A stretch of 64,000 bases of DNA, from the NCBI GenBank assembly GCA_963921275.4, contig OZ001293.3, positions 1,024,001-1,088,000 of the forward strand, written 5' to 3'. Below are positions 50,112 to 61,359 of the stretch, piece by piece. Under the pieces are notes generated by a model, which searched no databases, was not told the origin of the DNA, and worked only from the letters and a program-made list of their open reading frames with translations. Made by a program: the position numbers and the translations under genes. Source of the DNA: an uncultured Hormoscilla sp. (GTDB lineage Bacteria; Cyanobacteriota; Cyanobacteriia; Cyanobacteriales; Desertifilaceae). How positions within the stretch are numbered: the stretch's first letter is position 1; every line of letters starts with the position of its first letter.

Positions 50112-50842
50112 AATTTAATAATCTGGGGATGCCAACAAAAATGCCAAAAAGTGTTATTCCGCCTAGCCATCAAATAGCGCAGTCATTGATAGCCAAAATT
50201 TTCTCGCTCAGTCCCTATGACAAATTTGACTATCAATCTATTCCTCTAGACATGCAAGGGTGGGGTTCTACGGACTCAATTTTTGCACAATTGATTCAGA
50301 CAGTTCAGCCCAAGCTGATTGTTGAGGTTGGGACTTGGAAAGGCGCCTCAGCTATCCACATGGCGAATCTCTTGAAAGGAGAAAATATTGATGGGGCAAT
50401 TTTGTGTATTGATACCTGGTTGGGAGGGTTAGAACATCTGATTGATAAAGAAGATCCAGAATTAGGATTAAGCAAATTTCGCGAGCACGGATACCCTACT
50501 CTTTACTATCAGTTTTTAGCCAATGTGATGCATAGCGGATTGGAAAACTATATTGTTCCTCTGCCTACCACTAGCAAAATTGCTGCTAAATGGCTCGAAC
50601 ATTATCAAATTGTGCCTGATTTGATTTATATTGATGCCAGCCACGACCGAGATGATGTCTATGCAGATGTGGTTGCTTATTGGAAGTTGTTGAGTCCTGA
50701 TGGCGTCATGTTCGGAGATGATTGGTCGGAGGGTTGGAGTGGAGTAATTGAAGCAGTAAGTGAATTTGCAAAAGTGTATCAGCTTGAGGTAGGATTAGAT
50801 GGAGAGAAATGGTTTATAAAGAAGACAAAACAAGAAGTATGA
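50099..50842 (+). CDS. Class I SAM-dependent methyltransferase (Methyltransf_24-like)
   Basis: VEVGTWKGAS, CIDTW, IYIDASH, FGDD. Confidence 0.88.
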   Translation: MQALKFNNLGMPTKMPKSVIPPSHQIAQSLIAKIFSLSPYDKFDYQSIPLDMQGWGSTDSIFAQLIQTVQPKLIVEVGTWKGASAIHMANLLKGENIDGAILCIDTWLGGLEHLIDKEDPELGLSKFREHGYPTLYYQFLANVMHSGLENYIVPLPTTSKIAAKWLEHYQIVPDLIYIDASHDRDDVYADVVAYWKLLSPDGVMFGDDWSEGWSGVIEAVSEFAKVYQLEVGLDGEKWFIKKTKQEV

Positions 50843-50885
50843 AAACACAAGTTGGCAGGTATGATATTTAGAGGAAGATGGGAAA

Positions 50886-52274
50886 ATGACAAAAGACAAA
50901 GCTCCCTATTTATCGGTTATTATTCCAGTTCATAACAAGCAGGATTCTTTACGTCGGTTATTAGCAGGGCTCAAGGAGCAAGAACCTCCAGCATTAAATT
51001 ATGAAATTATTTTCATTGCCGATGCTTGTAGCGATGAAAGTTTGCCGATGCTAAAATCAGCGAAAAAGGAACAAAGCTTCCAAATTGTTGAAACAAATCC
51101 CGAACTGCGAGGCCCTAGCAATGCTCGCAATCTTGGTATTGAAACAGCGAAGGGGGCGCATTGTTTATTTATAGATGCAGATATATTACTTCCGGCAAAT
51201 TTTTTAAGGGTTGTCATTCACCATTGCCAAGAGTTTCCTGATACTGTATATTTGGCTCCTGTTTGTGGCAATTCAGGTTCTTTGTCTACTTGGCCTTTTT
51301 TAGTGCCAAATAGTCACTCAATAGAGAATTTAAGTAATAGGGAATTATTGCTGTGGGCAAAGGCACAAAAACCCCTGCAAGATTTAAGGGTAGCTTTTGT
51401 AGAAGCATCAGCAGGCTGGTTCGATCGCTTACCTGCGCCTTGGGTTTTTTCTTGGAGTAGCGTGATGGCAGTACGGCGATAAATACTGCTGAAAGTTGGA
51501 GGCTTTTATACGTCTTTTCGAGAAAAGGGATCGGAAGATTTAGAATTAGGCTATCGGTTGTACAAACTTGGCATCAGATTTCGGCTGATGCTAGATACCT
51601 ATGTGTTTCATTTGCCGCATAAGCGCGATCGGGACAAAGAAGAACGTACCGATAGGCTGCAAGAAAGGCAAATGCTTAACATGTATCCCACTCGCCAAAT
51701 GGAAGCTTTATGTGCATTTGATGGAGCCCACGCTAATGCTATGATTGAGTGCTTGCAAACTATCGATCGAGAAGCCGTCAATCAGATTAAAATGTACTGG
51801 GCAACGCCTTTTGACGGACATAAATTAGGTCTTCCAGACAAAATTCCTTTGGTAATGGGAACGATTGCTGATTGGATGGTTTCAGCTTGGAAACCTGATT
51901 ACACAGTCAATCCAGGTAGTGACTCAAACAACCAAAATCTGTCTTTGATTGGGCTAGCGCTGCCTTTTGACGATAAAACTTTTGCTAGTGCGATTTTAGT
52001 GGGGCTTTGGCAAATTTTGCCGGAACGCCTGAGTTGTAGAATTTTTCAAGAAACACTGCGGGTAGCAGATCGGGTGTTTTTACTTAAACATACTCAGATG
52101 CCTGGAGAGCTAATCCCCTGGCCTCTGGATGTATTAGCGATCCACGATACACCCTACTGGGAGCGTACCTGTGCTATTCGCCGCTCGTTCTTTGACTTCT
52201 CGCTCACAGCCTACGGTCAAGATGGTAGCGCCGAATTATTTCAGATTGAACTATCGAGCCACTGCCCACAATAA
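50886..52274 (+). pseudogene. GT2 glycosyltransferase with one in-frame TAA at 51480-51482
   Basis: SVIIPVHN, ARNLG, FIDAD; same frame resumes ILLKVGGF...GSEDLELGYRL. Confidence 0.85.
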
Positions 52275-52336
52275 ATTGATGCGGATTCAGGCTAAAGTAA
52301 GAAAAATATAATCCACAAATAATGTTATTTCACTAG

Positions 52337-52987
52337 AATGAACTCAAAAGCAGAGCAACCGTGGGCGAATTATGGAGCCAGCGCATTCAGTTGGTGCCAG
52401 GATGGCTCAATTCCTGGGAAGGTCGCAGATTAATGGATTTGGCTGAAGCGATGGCAGCAAAAGGACCTATCGTGGAAATTGGTATGTATTGGGGACGCTC
52501 TACTTTATGCTTGGCAGAAGGTGTTCGTCGCGCTGGAAAAGGACATATCTGGACAATCGATCTGTTTGAGGAAACTTATACCTTTGAAGGCTGTCCTTCT
52601 CCTCATCCTTCATTCGTGCAATCCCAACAAACTTTAGTAGACCACAAGGTGCAGGACTTGGTAACCATTGTTAATGGAGATTCGCGACTTCCAAGTACCA
52701 CAAAACGGACACCAGATGATATAGCTTTGCTATTTGTAGATGGGGATCATGTTTTTGATGCCCTCAACCAAGAGTGGAAGTTGTGGAAGCCTAAGTTAAG
52801 CAAAGATAGCGTCATAGTATTCCACGACTACGATAATGAATGTGTTGGGGACGGAGTGACTCGGTTCTGTGATGAGGTGCTCCGACCACAATTTTTACAA
52901 GTGGAAGTGTGCGATCGCTTCAAACGAGAACCAGGGGCTATCCCTGGTGGAATGTTTATTGCTAAATCTTTGCATGCAAAGATTTAG
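52337..52987 (+). CDS. Class I SAM-dependent methyltransferase (Methyltransf_24-like)
   Basis: VEIGMYWGRST, LFVDGDH, VFHDY; in-frame ATG at 52337. Confidence 0.85.
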   Translation, partial: NELKSRATVGELWSQRIQLVPGWLNSWEGRRLMDLAEAMAAKGPIVEIGMYWGRSTLCLAEGVRRAGKGHIWTIDLFEETYTFEGCPSPHPSFVQSQQTLVDHKVQDLVTIVNGDSRLPSTTKRTPDDIALLFVDGDHVFDALNQEWKLWKPKLSKDSVIVFHDYDNECVGDGVTRFCDEVLRPQFLQVEVCDRFKREPGAIPGGMFIAKSLHAKI

Positions 52988-53163
52988 CAACCTCCGTTAG
53001 GGACTTGTGTAGAAATAAAGTACCAGTCAAACCTGCTGTACTCTTGAAATTGCTTTACCGGCGTTGGTACATTAATAACCAGCAAGTCCCTTACTTCAAC
53101 TTCCTGGGATCGTGACCAGGTTTTAATGTCAACTGAACCAGTTTTAAATAGAAGGAGACAAAA

Positions 53164-54356
53164 ATGAACAGCAGCGAAAAAAATCGGGTAGGTGTTTGGA
53201 TTGTTGGCGGACGCGGTTCCATCGCTACGACAACTATATTAGGCAAATTTCTACTTCAAGATCGGAAAATAGAGCCTATTAGCCTGCTAACCTGTTCAGA
53301 AGATTTTCAGGATTTACCATTTTTGGATTGGCAAGACCTTACCTTTGGCGGCTGGGATATTCATTCCCATAGCTTGACTAAATCTTTAGAAGTGCTAATA
53401 GAAGATAATGTAGTCCCGTTAAAATTGCAGTTAGATGCAACTAACTACCTACAACAAGTAGATCCAAACATTGAGAATATCTTTCAGCTCTTGCCGTTAG
53501 AAGAAAAATTGCCCCCTAGCAAGCAAATACAGGGTTTGCGTCGATGTTTAGAGCGAGTTAAACAGGAGCAAAATTTAGAGCGGCTTATTGTGGTTGATTT
53601 GTCTTCTACTCAACCTGTGGCTGAAATTGAAGATAAATTATTTAGCTTTGCCGCCTGGGAAGCTTTACAGGTATTTCTAGAATCTACAAAGGATTCTATA
53701 CCTTGGAGCGTAATCTATGCTACGGCTGCCCTTTTAGAAAACTGCGCCTACATTAACTTTACTCCTAATATTGGCACTGAGTTACCAGCATTACAAGATT
53801 TGGCATTGCAGCGCCGACTACCCCATGCAGGTAAAGATGGGAAAACGGGGGAAACGCTCTTGAAAACTGTTTTAGCTCCTATGTTTCTGTATCGCCAAAT
53901 GAAGGTATTATCCTGGCAAAGCTACAATATGCTAGGTAACAGCGACGGGGCAATACTGTCCAATCCTAATAGTAAAAAAGCCAAAATCCGGTCCAAAGAT
54001 TCTTCCCTGCGAAAATTTTAACCAACAGTCCGGACCTTCACAGTCACATTGCCATTGATTACGTTCCTTCCTTAGGAGACTGGAAAACGGCAATTAATTT
54101 TGTGCATTTTGAAGGATTTTTAAATACACGGATGTCGTTTCAGTTTACTTGGTCAGGATGCGATACGATTTTAGCGGTACCCCTAGTGCTAGATTTAATT
54201 CGCTTTGTGGAACTAGCATGGCGTCAGGGGGAATTTGGCAAGCTCGATTACTTATGCCCCTATTTCAAATCCCCGATAGAGTATCCTGAAGCTGACTTTC
54301 GAGAACAAATCAGGACGCTGTTTGCTCATTTCCCTGGGGTCCAGAATAGTGAATGA
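53164..54356 (+). pseudogene. myo-Inositol-1-phosphate synthase, frameshifted near 54015
   Basis: GKDGKTGETLLK, NMLGNSDG; alternate frame continues DYVPSLGDWK...GCDTILAVPLVLDL. Confidence 0.88.
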
Positions 54357-54404
54357 GCGCCTGGAAGTCCGGATCAGAGTTTAATGCAGTTGCTATTTTG
54401 TCAT

Positions 54405-54612
54405 TAGACCTCTTGCAAAAGTAACAGGACTTACGCATAGACTCCTTCTGTAGGGTGCGCAGTGCACACCAGACGCTATATATAGCTATCAATCCTACAA
54501 TGTGCGTAAGTCCTAAGTAAGTTAAGCAATCAAAAGTGATGGTGTTACAGTCAAATCTGATCCCATTCCCTTTGCCCTTTGCCCCTTTCCCCAGACTTTT
54601 GCAAGAAGTCTA
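54405..54612. mobile_element. MITE with a second MITE nested inside (54427-54513)
   Basis: Outer IRs TAGACCTCTTGCAAAAGT/ACTTTTGCAAGAAGTCTA; inner AGGACTTACGCA/TGCGTAAGTCCT. Confidence 0.7.
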
Positions 54613-55764
54613 TTATGCTTCCACTATGTACACCGTCTGGCAATTTCTTTCGGATTCAACAAATCCTTCAAAAGCATCAAGATAGGGACGCCCAACCCGA
54701 ACATCTAGTTGATGCAGGTGATTTTGAGCAACTTTCCAAGGTTGAGATCGGCAAAATTGGTGAGCTAATGCTTCTTCGCTAGCAATTTTCAGCCTGGGGG
54801 GAGCATTTTTGCTTTGATGTAGTTCATAGCTTATGCCTGTCTTTGCCAGCATTACGGCAGCAAACCGGGCAGCACTAGGAGTAAACACCTTGGTATTAAT
54901 CCAAAGTCCGTCTGCACCTATCCAACCTGCTACTTGTTTAAGTGCTTTGAGTGCTGCGGGTGCTAATTGCTCGATGGTACGACGCCAGTAAGGATTTAAA
55001 TCAAAGCTATCAATTAGCAGTACTCGGCGACCAGCCAACTCGTCTCGCCCCACCACGCAGTGAATTTGACCCGCACAGCGAAAGTTAATATATATTTCTA
55101 AGCAAAAAATGCTTGGATCGAAAAGATAGAAAAACATAATATCAGAGTTATCGCACTTCGGTGCATGAAAAGCCGTGCAAATGTCAGAATAGTTGCCTTG
55201 AGCAAAATCGAGGCTGGGGCTGCGCGACCAAATGGAAAAAAATAAAGTCCGGTCGAGAATGCGTGGCAGCTGCTTTTTTACCGCACCTTGAGCATTTAAC
55301 CAAGCGCGGGGTTCTTCAGTCTGCAAAGCTTCTATAGCTTTCTCAACCAGTCCCGGTGTTACCCGCATCCCTTTTTGGGAAGCTGCCTTAATCTGGTTGA
55401 GGCAAAACTCAGACAGATTATGTACGCTCCCACTAACGTCCAAACACAGACTAGCAGGATAGACAAGACCTGTTTTAGCTGCAAAAGCCGCAAATTCTCC
55501 AGTGCGGCAGTAGTCTAGAATATTTGCTAACAGTGAGGAGTTTTGCGCTTCTAATTTCCAGAGTTGCAGCCACGCTGCATCGAGGTGATATCTTTTGGGG
55601 TTGGACATCCATTTCTCGGCAACTAGCTTAGTCAGATTATCAAAACCAAAGGCTTTGATGTGGTTGTACTCTTGCTTGTCCTCTAGGGAGCATATTTGGC
55701 ATAAGAGCGTGGCAAGGTGGTGAGCTGTTTGATTCGGCATTTCTATTGATTGCTGGTATTCCAT
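54613..55764 (-). CDS. Hypothetical protein (383 aa)
   Basis: Long ORF with no family recognised. Confidence 0.65.
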   Translation of the reverse strand: MEYQQSIEMPNQTAHHLATLLCQICSLEDKQEYNHIKAFGFDNLTKLVAEKWMSNPKRYHLDAAWLQLWKLEAQNSSLLANILDYCRTGEFAAFAAKTGLVYPASLCLDVSGSVHNLSEFCLNQIKAASQKGMRVTPGLVEKAIEALQTEEPRAWLNAQGAVKKQLPRILDRTLFFSIWSRSPSLDFAQGNYSDICTAFHAPKCDNSDIMFFYLFDPSIFCLEIYINFRCAGQIHCVVGRDELAGRRVLLIDSFDLNPYWRRTIEQLAPAALKALKQVAGWIGADGLWINTKVFTPSAARFAAVMLAKTGISYELHQSKNAPPRLKIASEEALAHQFCRSQPWKVAQNHLHQLDVRVGRPYLDAFEGFVESERNCQTVYIVEA

Positions 55765-56233
55765 TGCTATATCAATCCTAAATCATTTGTAAAATTTTCG
55801 CCACCTAAAAGGGTTGCCACGATTTGATCGGAAACCCGAATATGCAGTTTAGATGCGCGACAGCTTAGAAACTGATCGCTATATGTCTTAGTTAATGAGG
55901 CTTTCAGCGCTTGGCCAGTATGACGGTTTTCCCGATCTGACACAAGAGCGTTAGGATTGCTATAGTAGGTCAATCTCATATCTTGTACCTGTCGCAACAG
56001 GCCGCCTCTGGTTAAAATTGTCCGCTAAGAGCGCAAGTCCACAAAAGTTGACTAAACCCTTTCTATACAAGGCTTTCAGTCGGTTTTCAACCGACTTTAG
56101 CTATTAGCCGTGGGTTTAAACCCACGGCGGGCCAGGAGGCGTTCTTGAGAATGGTGCAAGATCTCAGTCAATGACAATTTGACAAGAGCGCTTCTAGATC
56201 GGTTAAGATTAATCTGTCCTTCGGCAAACTTTT

Positions 56234-56393
56234 CTAAGTAGTTGTGCAAAATTATTTTTATATTTCTGCGAGGGGGCGATCGTCCAGGAAAGTTATGGCT
56301 CTCAAGCTCTATCCCATAAGGATTTCAGAAAATTAACTTCTCGGAAATTGACGGTTGGCAAAAATATCAAAATAATTTTGCCTATGTACTTAG
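56234..56393. mobile_element. MITE-like element
   Basis: IRs CTAAGTAGTTGTGCAAAATTATTTT / AAAATAATTTTGCCTATGTACTTAG. Confidence 0.6.
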
Positions 56394-56445
56394 TAAGCCT
56401 TGTGACCGTTTTTATTTTACCACTCCTACATTTCCTTTTTCATTG

Positions 56446-58245
56446 ATGTACGACTTGATCAATCCCCAACTAACAAAAGGTTTCCTTACTACTTTTAAGT
56501 TTGCTTGGCGCTATTGGTCACAGCAGCCCTATTTAGTATTGCTGCTACTGGTATTAATGGCTTTTTATGCAATATTTGAGGTTTTAGTCCCAGTGATAAC
56601 TGGAAAGATAGTAGATAGTTTCACTAGCGCTACAGGGGACTGGCAAGCTATAGCATTGGTGCTAGCTTACCTGATTGGAGCCAGAATAATTGCCTACATT
56701 TTCCGCCAGTGCGCTGTTTTTATTTGGCATCACCAAGCCACGCAAATTATGGCAAAAATTGTTACCCACGCTTTTGATGTGGTACAGAGGATGAATACGA
56801 ACTGGCATACTAATAATTTTGCTGGCAGCACAGTGAGAAAAATTACGCGCGGTATGTGGGGTTTCGACCAATTTGGCGATACACTTTATCTAGCTATTTA
56901 CCCACATGTATTGGCAAATATTGCGGTTGCAGTTATTCTGTTTCAAAATGGTTGGGCGATTGGCATGCCGAGCGTACTTGGTTCGGTACTATTTCTCTAT
57001 GTCAGCGTTAAACTTTCCACAGATTATTTAGCGCCAGCTTTGGCGGAATCAAATCAACTTGACAGTCAAATTGGCGGGCTTTTATCTGATTCTATTACTT
57101 GTAATAGTGTGGTGAAGGCATTTGCCAGTGAAGAGAGGGAAAGAGAAAAATTAGTGGGCATTGCCGAACAATGGCGCGTTAAAACGAGGAAGGCTTGGTG
57201 GCGAATTGAAACGTTATTTTCTGTGCAAGTAACATTATTTATACTGATTGAAATTAGTTTGGCCGTCGTGTCTTTTTGGTCGTGGTTGCAAGGCTATTGT
57301 ACAGTAGGAGATATTGTAACAATTCTGGCAAGCTTTCAACTAGCTCAATCTCACATGAAAGAGCTTGGCAATGATATCCGTAACCTGCAACGTTCCATTA
57401 ATGATATGGAAGATATGATTGGCTTAGAAGAGATAGATGCAGAAATTCCTGAAGCTTCCGATGCATTGCCTTTAGAGGTAGAAGCAGGTGCTATTACTTT
57501 AGAGCGAGTAACTTTTGGCTATGAAAATCAAGAAAAGCCAATCTATCAACATTTTTCTTTATCTATTAAAAGCGGCGAAAAAATAGCTTTAGTGGGAGCT
57601 TTTGGCAGCGGCAAAAGCACTTTTATTAAGCTGATCCAACGGCTTTATGACGTCCAAGCAGGGACGATCTCTATTGATAATTACAACATCCGCCGCGTAA
57701 CTAAGCAAAGCTTGAGGAAGGCGATCGCTATGGTGCCTCAAGAACCTATCCTATTCCATCGCTCGATTCGAGAAAATATTGCCTATTGCAAACCCGACGC
57801 TACCCAGACAGAAATTGAAGATGCAGCGCGCCAAGCTTTTGCTCATGACTTTATTATGGGACTGTCAGAAGGGTACAATACAGAAGTTGGCGAAAGAGGA
57901 GTAAAGCTATCGGGCGGGGAGCGGCAACGGGTAGCAATTGCTCGGGCTATCTTGGCAGATTGTCCGATTCTGATTTTAGATGAAGCGACGAGCAGTTTAG
58001 ATTCTATTTCGGAAGCTTTAATTCAAAGGGCCCTGGCTAATTTGATGACAGGAAGAACAACAATTATTATTGCTCATCGACTTTCAACCATTAAAGCAGT
58101 TGACCGCATTCTGGTGTTTTCCCAAGGCAAGATTATTGAGGAAGGCAGTCATGAAATATTGCTGAGTCAAGTTGATAGCCACTATGGCATTCTCTATTCA
58201 CTTCAGTCTAAAGGTATGCTGCCCCTAGAAGGGGTATCAACTTAA
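56446..58245 (+). CDS. ABC exporter (fused TM domain + NBD)
   Basis: TM helices, GAFGSGKST, LSGGERQR, ILDEATSSLD, IAHRLST. Confidence 0.95.
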   Translation: MYDLINPQLTKGFLTTFKFAWRYWSQQPYLVLLLLVLMAFYAIFEVLVPVITGKIVDSFTSATGDWQAIALVLAYLIGARIIAYIFRQCAVFIWHHQATQIMAKIVTHAFDVVQRMNTNWHTNNFAGSTVRKITRGMWGFDQFGDTLYLAIYPHVLANIAVAVILFQNGWAIGMPSVLGSVLFLYVSVKLSTDYLAPALAESNQLDSQIGGLLSDSITCNSVVKAFASEEREREKLVGIAEQWRVKTRKAWWRIETLFSVQVTLFILIEISLAVVSFWSWLQGYCTVGDIVTILASFQLAQSHMKELGNDIRNLQRSINDMEDMIGLEEIDAEIPEASDALPLEVEAGAITLERVTFGYENQEKPIYQHFSLSIKSGEKIALVGAFGSGKSTFIKLIQRLYDVQAGTISIDNYNIRRVTKQSLRKAIAMVPQEPILFHRSIRENIAYCKPDATQTEIEDAARQAFAHDFIMGLSEGYNTEVGERGVKLSGGERQRVAIARAILADCPILILDEATSSLDSISEALIQRALANLMTGRTTIIIAHRLSTIKAVDRILVFSQGKIIEEGSHEILLSQVDSHYGILYSLQSKGMLPLEGVST

Positions 58246-58275
58246 GCCGGGAAAAGAGAAAGAGGATTTCTGGTA

Positions 58276-58490
58276 TATAGCATTTCTCGAAATCATGAGG
58301 TACAGCGTCCTGCGATGGAAGCTAAGCAGTTCGCAGTTCGCAGTTCGCAGTTATTTTCCGAGCCGGAGATCTCCAGCTACCAAAGGGTAACAGCGAGTAT
58401 TACGATATTACATAATGTGCAATTTAAATGCACGACAGCTTAGTGATAGCAAAGCTTTCACTGTACCTCACCTTATTGAGAAGTGCTATA
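58276..58490. mobile_element. MITE with the ends of the IS630 at 14809-15780; contains a GCAGTTC heptamer run
   Basis: TATAGCATTTCTC...TGAGGTACA / TGTACCTCA...GAGAAGTGCTATA. Confidence 0.75.
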
Positions 58491-59185
58491 ACCCACATTC
58501 CGCACGACAATTTGTAACATACTAAGTAATATGTAATGGTACGGTACGATTGCCATTGCACGACAATTTGTAATACGTAATATATTTGGCGATTTGGCAA
58601 ACACAAGGTAGAAATATTTATACGCATATGAGCTTTTCTGTTTGCCAAATCGCCAAGCGCTTGTAATCATATATACTACAAATAGTATATATGTAGGTTA
58701 CATAGGGCTTGCTGAAAAAGGCTACAGGGCGAATCTAGACGCCACACAGCTTACTACACCGTCGGTCTATCACTCGGCTCCAAGCAGTAACCCCCCGGAA
58801 ATGCTCCGATTTTGGGGACTCGGAAAGCAAAACCTTGCACAATGCAAGCAAAAAAAACGCCAAAACCCTTACATTACATAGTCAGATTTACAGCTTTCTG
58901 ATGCAATCCCTACATAATCTGCAAATCTGCGCTTCCTGTCAGGGGTACAGAGCTCTTACATAGAAAACGTTAGTGTCAGTCTTTTTTTTGTCAATCCCTT
59001 CTGCTGGACCGACGCTCTAGTCTTCACGCGATCGAGGGGCTTACCCATGCCAGTTGAGAAAAGCGCAGTTCCTGACCGTTCGGAGTATAGAATGAAATCA
59101 TCATGTGTTCGGAGCTACATCAGTCCTAAGCCTCGACAAAACCGGCGAACAATACAGCATACTGGTAAATCCGGAACCTTATTTA

Positions 59186-59257
59186 TGGGTCGCCCGGGAT
59201 TTGAACCCGGAACTAATCGGTTAAAAGCCGAGTACTCTACCATTGAGTTAGCGACCC
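59186..59257 (-). tRNA. tRNA-Lys(UUU)
   Basis: GGGTCGC/GCGACCC acceptor stem; anticodon loop CTTTTAA; TTCAAAT T-loop. Confidence 0.96.
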
Positions 59258-59313
59258 TTGATTTTCCTTTCTTTTTCAAGATAACACAGATTTCTCCAAG
59301 TGGGAAGGGGTAT

Positions 59314-60179
59314 TTACAAAAATTTTGCCGCGATCCGTACAAAAGTTTCCATCTGGGCCCCCGGTTCCAGGGTGAGCAGGTTTTCGCCGGTATTCGTTGC
59401 GGGGACCGGTCCAGGGTTCGAGGCAATAGAAATCTTTGCCCTTAACTGTCCAAAAAACAAGGGTAGAGTAGGTATCGTCCCAGGTCACGATCAGTTGTAA
59501 CTGCCGGCTATGGTCTGTCACGCTAGCGGACTTGCTAGTGAGATCCCGAAAGGCCACATCAATTTCATCCTGGTTGAAGTCAAAGACACCGTTGAAGGGA
59601 TGGAACTCTTGGCTGCCCTTTTCTTGGTACTGGTCTGCTGGGATGTCAATGTCCAGCTGGCTTTTATCATCAACTAGGAAGTAGGGATGAAATCCTGCCG
59701 AAAAGGGCATCTCTGAGGCCGATCTATTTTCGTAACGTTGCTTTATTTCCAGGCTGTTCCCCTTTAGCTGATAAGTGAAGCAGACGTTAAAGTCAAAGGG
59801 ATAAACAGTGCGAGTCTGTGAGTTGCTGTCTAAAACGAGGGTGAGAGAAGCTAGGTCATTCGTGACTTTATCTGTTACTTTCCAAGGCAGTTCGCGGGTG
59901 AAACCATGTTGTTTGAGAGTATATTCTTTCCCCAGATGGATGTAGGTGTTGTCGGGTAAGTTACCACAGATGGAGGAATAAAATCGGAATACCTCCCCGA
60001 ACACTTAAGTCGGAGTTTTTTAACCGTTCGCTGTCCAGATAGAATATTTCCTGACCTTGCAGTTGCCAGTGGGTGATTATTCCACCTAGTTCTGGCACTA
60101 CCTCCAGTCGAGACAGTGCGGTTTTGTCAGAAAGAATGTAGGTTTTGTATTGTTCGTGTTTTACTGCGATCTCATACAT
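59314..60179 (-). pseudogene. Aldose 1-epimerase family protein, two frameshifts
   Basis: RGGIPILF / ICGNLP, QHGF, GFHPYF, CLEPW; breaks near 59975 and 59395. Confidence 0.85.
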
Positions 60180-60213
60180 GGCGTTTTCTCTCGTTGGGGA
60201 CTCGTGGTTTAAT

Positions 60214-60605
60214 ATAACTCAAGTTGCTACCTATTAAAATTGCTACGTCCCAGACAGCCATTTTTTGCAAATATATCCGAAAAAATGCCATTTTGGGGTA
60301 AGTCACAAGGCATTTTTTGCTGATTTTGGTGTTGAGGTTCTATAGGTAGCAACTTAGGTTAATATAGAAGTTGCTCTTATTAGTGTGATATGTGGTCAAT
60401 CGCTGAAACCCATATGCTGTATGCGATTTACCGTGTACCGTCTATATGATATCGTACCACATCAATCTGAGAAACGCTATAACAATACTTCGGACACTTT
60501 TTCAATGGCAACGGTATAATGAGGGTTTCGGACTCCGATATCGCCCCACTCACCAACGCTAGAATGCTGGTTTCAGCCGTTCTCCTAAAATTGTCCGGAC
60601 TATTG
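60214..60605. mobile_element. Three adjacent MITE-like elements
   Basis: IR pairs AAGTTGCTACCTAT/ATAGGTAGCAACTT; TATAG...GCTATA; CAATACTTCGGAC/GTCCGGACTATTG. Confidence 0.6.
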
Positions 60606-61029
60606 TTAATAATGTACCAGTTATTTCGCTACTCCTTCGAGAAATTGATGGTATAGCTGATATTGTATTTCTGCGCAAGTCCATTGTGATATTAACATGA
60701 ACGTTCGCAATAAGCTCATAAAACCAACATTCTGCAGTACAAAGTATATTGCGTAATGATTACAAATACTTGGTGATTTTGCGAACCATAAACTTGATAA
60801 GCTGTCGCGCATCTAAACTGCATATTCGGGCTGTCGATCAAATCGTGGCAACCTTCGACCCATAAGCGCTTCAGCCAAAATGGCTATTTTTTACTATGCA
60901 GTTTAAATGCATCAGTATAAATATTTATATGTTATAATTTCCAAATAACCAGATATATTACGCATTACCAAATGTATTACAATGGCAATCCAACCCAGGA
61001 ATTCCGTCAGGCCGAACTGATGCCAATAT

Positions 61030-61359
61030 TGATTTTTTGGCACTATAGAAGCCTATAAAAATGCTCGTCAAGTCGCTGCTCATGCTCTTTTGACACCGGT
61101 TGAGCGTTCAAGTGGCTCTTCGGTACTTGGGTTACCCAGGCTGTCACGAACGGGTAATGCCCGGGCTCGGTTGCGTAATGCTTTGTATTGGCCTGCTATT
61201 GTCGCCATGCGACATAATCCCTTGCTTAAAGCGTTCAGTGAGCGGTTGCTGAGTCGGGGCAAGGTAAAGATGCTCTTCTTTGGAGCGGTGATGCGTAAGT
61301 TGTTACATTTGGCTTTTGGAATTTTCAAATCCCAAAAGCCCTTTGACCCCAATTTTTGA
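61030..61359 (+). pseudogene. IS110-family transposase, C-terminal fragment
   Basis: GNARARLRNALYWPA...AVMRKLLHLAFG. Confidence 0.85.

Noticed and set aside
51480..51482. Programmed stop-codon recoding in the GT2 gene
   Set aside because: TAA is not a Sec/Pyl codon; a nonsense mutation or sequencing error is simpler
59047..59500. ORFs overlapping tRNA-Lys
   Set aside because: Explained by the tRNA and the aldose epimerase 3' end
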